DNA of 64,000 bases from a virus. Lineage: Duplodnaviria; Caudoviricetes. The stretch spans positions 18,900 through 82,899 of the IMG/VR virus record IMGVR_UViG_3300033487_000003; one strand, 5' to 3'. Shown here in pieces: positions 57,312-64,000 of this stretch. The position numbers and the translations under genes are program-made. How positions within the stretch are numbered: the stretch's first letter is position 1; each line of letters starts with the position of its first letter. The notes beneath the pieces were generated by a model. It was not told where the DNA came from, made no database searches, and worked only from the letters and a program-made list of their open reading frames with translations.

Positions 57312-57740
57312 GTGACGTGGACTCAGGACAGGATCAGCCTGATACAGCGGGCACTGGATGGCCCATGGATCAAACCCGGCATGGCGGCCGGAGCGCTCGG
57401 GGTACACCGGGCGACTGTGCACAACTACATGGCTGATGGGCGGCTGACCTGCGCTCATCTGAGTGGAAGTCGACTACGGTCGGTGGCATCGATCGATGTA
57501 CTGCGATTGGTGCTAGAGGAAATCGACAAAGATGAGCAGATAGGTTGTGACATGGGTCACTGTTCGCGAACGTTCGCCGCACGCGTGCGCCACGTGGTGA
57601 CCGAACACGACGCCCGGATGATTTCCGCGCGAGCACCGAACGGTTCTTGGATGTGCGATCAGCCGAACGACGAACACCGAACGACGAACGACGAACAAAC
57701 GAACGACGAACAAACGAACGACGACTTCGGAAGGGAGTGA
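57312..57740 (+). CDS. HTH (Xis/MerR-like) DNA-binding protein divergent from transfer operon
   Basis: WIKPGMAAGALGVHRATVHNYMADGRL; start could be 57249. Confidence 0.65.
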   Translation: MTWTQDRISLIQRALDGPWIKPGMAAGALGVHRATVHNYMADGRLTCAHLSGSRLRSVASIDVLRLVLEEIDKDEQIGCDMGHCSRTFAARVRHVVTEHDARMISARAPNGSWMCDQPNDEHRTTNDEQTNDEQTNDDFGRE

Positions 57741-57773
57741 CCCAAGGGATCTGGCTAAGACTGACGAACACGC

Positions 57774-57809
57774 GAACGGCGCCCCAGGGAAGACCCAGGG
57801 GCGCCGTTC
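57774..57809. terminator. hairpin between convergent genes
   Basis: 12-bp stem gaacggcgcccc/ggggcgccgttc. Confidence 0.7.
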
Positions 57810-57817
57810 GTTGATGG

Positions 57818-58183
57818 TCACCGATCAGAAAACATGATCTTTGGATCATCCCATGCGGGTCCGAAACCTATCCGTACCGAACAGATCTCGCAATCATGGA
57901 ACCTGAACTCCATTGGGTTTTCTGTGAACGTATGCCGCGACCAGGGATCGATATCGAAGGTCGGACGTCCGGTGGGAAGACTTTGTCCCTCCAGGAGGAT
58001 CCCCTCGGCGACGATGTACCCGTCTTGGATAGATGCGCTGGTGACTTCTCCTACGAGGTTGCCATCGACGCCAAATAAGGGCGCTTTGTCAGTTACGGTG
58101 ATTTCAGCAGAAGAAGCGATGATTTGTGCGTTTAGTCCGGTGATACCAACTGGGGCGAGTACCGCTGTCCATTTCCGTGTCAT
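57818..58183 (-). CDS. stand-alone protein resembling N-terminus of prohead protease
   Basis: MTRKWTAVLAPVG..VGEVTSASIQDGYIVAEG vs MGTRWRGMLAPLG..VGLVDTIDVQTDAAWGEG. Confidence 0.55.
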   Translation of the reverse strand: MTRKWTAVLAPVGITGLNAQIIASSAEITVTDKAPLFGVDGNLVGEVTSASIQDGYIVAEGILLEGQSLPTGRPTFDIDPWSRHTFTENPMEFRFHDCEICSVRIGFGPAWDDPKIMFSDR

Positions 58184-58247
58184 GGTGATCTCCTAATATT
58201 GCGCATGGATGGGACGATCCGAATACAATTCTAGACTTCGATCGACT

Positions 58248-58664
58248 TCAGGTAGTGAAGCGAAGCTCATCTGGTATCACCTGCCGCTCTTCCTGGTAGA
58301 TCCCATGCTGGTCTGGCCAGATCAGCTGATATGCGGTATCTGTGGCCAGTCCTCCGGTGATAGCCCAGTAGACGTTCATGTACTGGGCGGTGACCTGCTT
58401 CACCTGTAGCCGCACGGACCAACCGACGTCGACCAGGGAACCGGGTACGAACCGTTCGGCGAGGTGTCGGATGGCGGCCGAGTTCAGGATCTCTGTGGCC
58501 ATGTCCATAGGAAGTCCGACGATGATCAGTTCGGGACGGTCACGGAATCTCAGACCGACGGTGTATGTCCAGGGAAGAATAGTGCCGACACCCTGGACCA
58601 TCCACCCATAATCGATGATGATCTCATGGCACTTGTCGACGTACTTCTGATACAGGTCATCCAT
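58248..58664 (-). CDS. DUF4262-domain protein
   Basis: YGWMVQGV..WTYTVGL...PELIIVGLP, QLIWPD..G. Confidence 0.8.
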   Translation of the reverse strand: MDDLYQKYVDKCHEIIIDYGWMVQGVGTILPWTYTVGLRFRDRPELIIVGLPMDMATEILNSAAIRHLAERFVPGSLVDVGWSVRLQVKQVTAQYMNVYWAITGGLATDTAYQLIWPDQHGIYQEERQVIPDELRFTT

Positions 58665-59094
58665 TGGACATCCATTTCTCGATACATGCCTGCGCTATCT
58701 CGCGAGCGCTGTCGGGCTTGTCTTCGTCGAGCCGTTCGACGATCTTCACCATGGCGTGGACGACGTTACCTATCAGGGGAGTAGCGGGGTCCACTCCGCA
58801 TAGGGCGATCACCTCGCTCTTGCGTCGCCTGACGAGGGTCATGAAGTGCATACGGTTAGCGTTGCGTTCGTCTACTCTGGCTTTTTCCGTAAGATATCTC
58901 TCCGAGGGCATTCCCGATGTTGGTCTCATCTTGGACAGTCTCAGACGGTCCTGGCCGATGTGGTTTTCTACCTCTGATCTGATCTGGGTCAGTACCCGCA
59001 GCCAGAGCAGTGGATGATCGGTGAGCCAGCGGCGCTCTTCCGCAGTCACTTGGTTTCGCAGCTCGGCATCAGCCAGTGCCCTCGCGTAGATCAT
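58657..59094 (-). CDS. hypothetical protein
   Basis: Start MIYARAL at 59094, overlaps next gene. Confidence 0.6.
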   Translation of the reverse strand: MIYARALADAELRNQVTAEERRWLTDHPLLWLRVLTQIRSEVENHIGQDRLRLSKMRPTSGMPSERYLTEKARVDERNANRMHFMTLVRRRKSEVIALCGVDPATPLIGNVVHAMVKIVERLDEDKPDSAREIAQACIEKWMSNG

Positions 59095-59108
59095 GGGAGA
59101 TTCGCGGG

Positions 59109-59717
59109 TCATGCCGCGCTCCGGATGTGTGGGGCGAGTTCGGCGAGCTTCTGGTCGGTGTACTGACGGGCCAGGGTGACCACGACTACGTTTTTCGGAT
59201 CGAGCGGGTCGGTGACTGCATCCGTGATCATGTCGCCGATGTGCGCGTATTCCTGCGCTACCAGGTCGTCCACTAGCTTCGACCTCCAGGTCTCGATCAT
59301 GTTTCGGAGGCCGTTTGTCCACATCCTGATGATGATGTCTTCTCCGACCGGACACTTCCGACTGGCATCACGTGAGATGCAGGTGTGTATATCTACGTGC
59401 AGGTAGGACACGACCTCGAATTCGACCCGTACTCGCCGTGCGATGTGCTGTAGGTGGGCAAGGTGTCCCCACCTGAGGTTCGTATCATCTGCGACGACGG
59501 AGATCCCTCGCCGCAGAAGTTTGAGTATTCCGGCGTCGCGGACGTCGGTAACCTGGTCTTCCTGCTCGCGGGTGCCGAGGTATCCGCCGTGGAGCATAAG
59601 GCGTAGGTCGTCCCGGTTGATGCGGGCCCGGTTGGTCGGGTCGACGTTCACCCAACGAATCGCATCTGTGGTCTTTCCAGAACCAGGGGCTCCTACGGTC
59701 GTGCGTAGTACGGTCAT
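59109..59717 (-). CDS. polynucleotide 5'-kinase (T4 PseT kinase domain / AAA_33)
   Basis: GAPGSGKTT, RINRDDLR.ML, VVADDTNL, CISRDASR. Confidence 0.85.
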   Translation of the reverse strand: MTVLRTTVGAPGSGKTTDAIRWVNVDPTNRARINRDDLRLMLHGGYLGTREQEDQVTDVRDAGILKLLRRGISVVADDTNLRWGHLAHLQHIARRVRVEFEVVSYLHVDIHTCISRDASRKCPVGEDIIIRMWTNGLRNMIETWRSKLVDDLVAQEYAHIGDMITDAVTDPLDPKNVVVVTLARQYTDQKLAELAPHIRSAA

Positions 59718-59769
59718 GGTCTTCCTTCCGGAAGGGGGATAGCCGTTTGGCTATCCCCCAGCGTGGTGG

Positions 59770-60372
<603 letters not shown>

Positions 60373-60495
60373 TCTTCTACCTCTCCGAGGGGGACGGGGT
60401 AACTCTGACGAAAATGAGGTTACCATAGCGAGCCTAAATCGCGGAAGTAGGTTACACTAGGTGTGTTGAGTTCCCCCGCGTAAGGACAAAGTGTC

Positions 60496-60882
60496 ATGCT
60501 GGTAACCGTAGGTATAACTACTAATCACAAGAGTCACAAGGTCCACCGTCACCTGAACGGGTGGGCAGCGTGTGGCGCGGGACGCCTGATCCAGTCCCCC
60601 CGGCCCGTCGCAGACGGAGACCAGCTGTGCCGTAGATGTGCCAAGCACCTGCACACGCTGCTTCTCTGGGAGATCGACGACATGCGGCGTAAGGGATGCA
60701 CCACCCTGGTATCCATGCTGGAGAAGTTCGTCGACTCTGGTAAGAGCCCCGCTGAGCTGGCGGAGCGGGACGCGTTCCGCGCCAAGCTAGGTGCCAGGCT
60801 CGTCGCGCGGTGGGCAGACCAGGAGCGCGCGAAGCCTCTGCCGGTAGTGGATCGGTACGCCGGTACCCTCACCCTGTTCTAG
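60496..60882 (+). CDS. hypothetical protein, possible Zn-binding
   Basis: H...ACG...CRRC. Confidence 0.55.
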   Translation: MLVTVGITTNHKSHKVHRHLNGWAACGAGRLIQSPRPVADGDQLCRRCAKHLHTLLLWEIDDMRRKGCTTLVSMLEKFVDSGKSPAELAERDAFRAKLGARLVARWADQERAKPLPVVDRYAGTLTLF

Positions 60883-60938
60883 TAGGTTACACAGGAGGTA
60901 CTATTTCCGTGGTTTGTCTACAGATAAAGGAGACGATC

Positions 60939-61286
60939 ATGGAAATGGACACCGATCAGGGCGAGGACTGGCGCACACAGGTACCGGAGAGATTCCGCAG
61001 TCTCCCGGATCAGATCACTGTCACGGACATTTCCGACATCTTCTGGTTTAGCAAGGAGTACGTACGCAGACTGCGACTCGTTCGCCTACACGAGGACGAA
61101 CGAGGAAATACAGGACCTCTGGTCAATGCGCTACCCAAAGCGCTCGGGGTATTCCGACGTCCCCTCTACTGGAATACGAGGGAGATCATCGAGTGGGGGT
61201 TGCAGACCGGTCGGCTCGATCCCACCAGTGGAGAGCCACGTCGACTTCCCTCTCCGGGTCGACCACCAAGGAAAACTAAAAAGTGA
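60939..61286 (+). CDS. AlpA/Xis-like winged-HTH protein
   Basis: AAAGGAG RBS; ITVTDISDIF..SKEYVRR, LP.ALG...PLYWNTREIIEW. Confidence 0.6.
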   Translation: MEMDTDQGEDWRTQVPERFRSLPDQITVTDISDIFWFSKEYVRRLRLVRLHEDERGNTGPLVNALPKALGVFRRPLYWNTREIIEWGLQTGRLDPTSGEPRRLPSPGRPPRKTKK

Positions 61287-61507
61287 TCGTGGACGACGGC
61301 GAGGCGGTTTCCTGCGGGGGGCTGCCTCGCCGTCGTCCACAGCGGATACGATCTCTGAAAAGAATGAGGGCCCGTCGCGGAAACGGGCCCAGAAATCGTC
61401 CATCGCCAGACAGAACACGATCAAACTCGCTACCGGTGATCATGATTACGATCTCGCTACCAAGCGTAGCGTGATGGAGTCATGATCGGAATCTGAGAGG
61501 ATTTCTA

Positions 61508-62695
61508 GTGACAACCACCACTTATGACGACGACATCAGTTCGGCCTCCGGGGACGAGATAGAAATAGTGGCTGGCAGGGGAGATCTTCCCTGGACCCAG
61601 GTGCATGACTGGGTGGCCCTCTCCGGAGTCGGCAATGCATCGATCGCCGCGTACCTGTTCCTGAAAATGCACCTGAATCGTCAGACTGGTCTGGTAAATC
61701 CAGGAACGGTACGCCTCGCTGCGCTGCTCGGACTACCTCGGGCCGACAAAGTCGCCGCTGTGATCCGACCTCTCGTGACGATCGGGGCGGTGGAGGTCAA
61801 GACCTACGGCATGCCCCGCCGAAATCGATACATCGTTCACTCTCTGCCACCAGCTGACTACGATGGCCCGTTGAGTCTTGGCCAATGGGCGAAGATCCAC
61901 GCGTCACAGCTCGACGACGAGCGGAAGAAGCACGCCAAGAAAGCAGAGAACGCAAGAAATCGCAGGTCAGGCCCAGTAACCCCAGATTCGGGGTTACTGG
62001 AGACAGATCAAGACGACTCGCCAGTAACCCCGAATCTGGGGTTACAAGTAACCCCAGATTCGGGGGTACATGTAGCCCCAGATTCGGGGTTAGAACCAGA
62101 TGTAGGTGAACCTGATGTAGGTGAACCTGATGTAGTACCTCCTCCTCCTCCTAGCGTCGGCCCCGATCCGACCGCCGTGGTCGATGCTCGGGACGAGGAG
62201 GAAGAGGAAGAGGAAATGCGACCAGAGCAAGACGCCGATCTGACCGAGGCAGCACGGGAAGTGCTCCGTAGAACGACCGCCGGTCTGTCCCCGGCGAGGT
62301 TTCCCAACCGCGTCCAGGCCGGACACCTGGTCGCCCTGGTCGCCGCCGCGCTTCGGTCTGGCTGGAAAGCTGACGATCTCGCCCACCAACTCGGCGAGGG
62401 AGATCTGGCGAAGGCCAACTCGATTTACGCGGTGATTCGGCACCGGATCGGCGCCCTTGACGTCCCTCCGACTCGCAGCGTCTCCGACTGTCACACCATG
62501 TCTCCTGACCCTAGCTGGCGTGATCCTCGACCTCCGGCTACCGACGCGAGCGCCGATGCCAGGGTCTTCGCGAGGATGGTGGCCAAGTCGCGGAAGCGTC
62601 CGGAGCGTGACCAGATCTCCAGGGTGGATCCGACCAGGACGGACGAGGAACACGATCCGGAGCGCCTGATCGATCTGGTCACGTCACCCGCGTGA
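61508..62695 (+). CDS. replication initiator (N-terminal winged HTH, internal iterons)
   Basis: AIAAYLFLKMHL-type HTH, NRYIV, repeat linker VTPDSGL, C-terminal helical domain. Confidence 0.7.
   Translation: MTTTTYDDDISSASGDEIEIVAGRGDLPWTQVHDWVALSGVGNASIAAYLFLKMHLNRQTGLVNPGTVRLAALLGLPRADKVAAVIRPLVTIGAVEVKTYGMPRRNRYIVHSLPPADYDGPLSLGQWAKIHASQLDDERKKHAKKAENARNRRSGPVTPDSGLLETDQDDSPVTPNLGLQVTPDSGVHVAPDSGLEPDVGEPDVGEPDVVPPPPPSVGPDPTAVVDARDEEEEEEEMRPEQDADLTEAAREVLRRTTAGLSPARFPNRVQAGHLVALVAAALRSGWKADDLAHQLGEGDLAKANSIYAVIRHRIGALDVPPTRSVSDCHTMSPDPSWRDPRPPATDASADARVFARMVAKSRKRPERDQISRVDPTRTDEEHDPERLIDLVTSPA
61976..62135. repeat. iteron-like palindromes and 15-bp repeats, candidate replication origin
   Basis: Four GTA(A/G)CCCC-N6-GGGG(T/G)TA(C/G) at 61976, 62024, 62048, 62072, then three AACC(A/T)GATGTAG repeats. 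Confidence 0.8.
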
Positions 62696-62752
62696 TCGTC
62701 GTGTTGGTGTTCAGGATGACCATGGGGTTCTACGATCACGGACACGGACACC

Positions 62753-62968
62753 ATGAGAGGACAGTCGATGGCAGGACAGGGCAAGAAACTCACGAGTGCA
62801 GAGCGGGCTGAGATCGTCTATCTGTATACGAATGGCGTGCCGATGCGGGAGGTCGCGCGCAGGGTTGGTAGGTCGTATGGGGCGGTGAATCTGGTTCTTC
62901 ACCAGCAAGAAGAGATAGATATCAATCCTCGGGGAGGATATCGCCGTCCTGAGACACCGGGTCGGTGA
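62753..62968 (+). CDS. HTH DNA-binding protein
   Basis: LTSAERAEIVYLY..GVPMREVARRVGRSYGAV. Confidence 0.75.
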   Translation: MRGQSMAGQGKKLTSAERAEIVYLYTNGVPMREVARRVGRSYGAVNLVLHQQEEIDINPRGGYRRPETPGR

Positions 62969-63161
62969 TGATCGGGTTTGTGGTCCGTGGTCTGCGGTGG
63001 TTTCTGCGGTTGTTGGCGGAAGGATCTCTTCCTGTCCGTCCTGGGCTGGGATTGTGCGCGGTGGTACAAGATGCGATCAGAGCGCGTGATCAGCCGGATA
63101 GCGGGGAAGGTGACTGCCCATCCACCACCTACGTAACCTAGATACTTGTAATGAGGTACCA

Positions 63162-63563
63162 TTGGTGGTCACATCGCCTACCGGAAGCCTGGTCATGATC
63201 ACACCAACCACATATCCAGACAGATCACCGTCTGTGGACAACGACGTCACGATCGTCATGCCGATACCTCTGACCGAATTCCAAATTCCAGACATTTCCA
63301 CTTCAATGTCGGAAGTTTTCAGATGGATCTCCAGTCTTGCCAAGCTGTATGGTGAGCCACTGAGCGTGGATATCTCGGCCCCATTGAGGGAAATGACCAT
63401 CTCACTTCCGTCACACGAGGACTTCACCACCTGGAGTACCCGGATGACGGTCGGGCACATCAGGTCGACGACAGACGACCTTGGAACGCTCGTGATCGCC
63501 GAATGTGGTGATCCGGCAGCCGGATCATGGAGAATGCGACTTGTCTGGCACAACAGGGGATGA
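63162..63563 (+). CDS. hypothetical protein
   Basis: 133 aa ORF. Confidence 0.5.
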   Translation: MVVTSPTGSLVMITPTTYPDRSPSVDNDVTIVMPIPLTEFQIPDISTSMSEVFRWISSLAKLYGEPLSVDISAPLREMTISLPSHEDFTTWSTRMTVGHIRSTTDDLGTLVIAECGDPAAGSWRMRLVWHNRG

Positions 63564-63564
63564 C

Positions 63565-63810
63565 GTGGATCTCCATCGCGTCACCACCGGTGCCAGAGAA
63601 CACGAGATTCCATCCACGTACGTGCTGCCGTGGCTACGCGGATACCTCGCGTGCCTGGGAAGAGACGATGACAGCTCTCAGCTGGCAGCGCGGATCATTC
63701 CCCAGATCACCCCGCTAGACGGAGAGTCCTTCCATCAGACGTGCTATAGGGCACTGAAGGTATGCCATGATCAGGGCATTATCGTCTATCGAGGTATCCG
63801 GCGGGAGTAG
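63565..63810 (+). CDS. hypothetical protein
   Basis: GTG just after upstream stop. Confidence 0.45.
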   Translation: MDLHRVTTGAREHEIPSTYVLPWLRGYLACLGRDDDSSQLAARIIPQITPLDGESFHQTCYRALKVCHDQGIIVYRGIRRE

Positions 63811-63812
63811 CC

Positions 63813-64000
63813 ATGGCCATCACAGCCCAGAGTGGTACGGCGTCGAACTACATGACGCTCACACATCGAGGGGGCCCCACCATGCCGAGCCGAGCACACA
63901 CCGTAGCTGTCATCTTGGGTGTCCTCGCTATCGTCCTGGTGGTGGGATCTGCTATCGCTGGGATAGTAGATCTTCGACACCTGGCAGTCGCCATGGTCTC
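63813..64000 (+). CDS. membrane protein (partial, runs off window end)
   Basis: GGGAG RBS; VAVILGVLAIVLVVGSAIAGIV. Confidence 0.45.
   Translation, partial: MAITAQSGTASNYMTLTHRGGPTMPSRAHTVAVILGVLAIVLVVGSAIAGIVDLRHLAVAMV

Overview
This window is a large part of a high-GC tailed (siphovirus-like) actinophage or prophage. Its host is probably a filamentous actinomycete, an inference from the TraB-type translocase. From left to right it contains: small early/accessory genes (VRR-NUC, a secreted tandem rubrerythrin); a complete preQ0 (7-deazaguanine) operon queC-queD-queE-folE with no recognisable dpdA in the window; terminase, portal, MuF and prohead protease; a ~7 kb cassette of six glycosyltransferases and two nucleotide-sugar enzymes placed between protease and major capsid gene; capsid, tail and tape-measure genes; a secreted GH43-like hydrolase, endolysin and holin; a leftward block of early genes (ArdC-N, RHH and HTH proteins); a Streptomyces-plasmid-type conjugation module (spd-like genes, traB, a clt-like repeat array, traA-like gene); DUF4262, a polynucleotide kinase, a GGDEF protein with an MGDEF motif, and a replication initiator with internal palindromic iterons. 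No integrase, parA, tRNA or CRISPR array was seen. The main novelty candidate is a virion-forming phage that apparently carries an intact-looking TraB/clt/Spd dsDNA conjugation system. Other candidates are the self-supplied glycosylation cassette, the DpdA-less deazaguanine pathway and the phage-borne diguanylate-cyclase-like protein. All product calls come from motifs recognised by eye; no database search was run.
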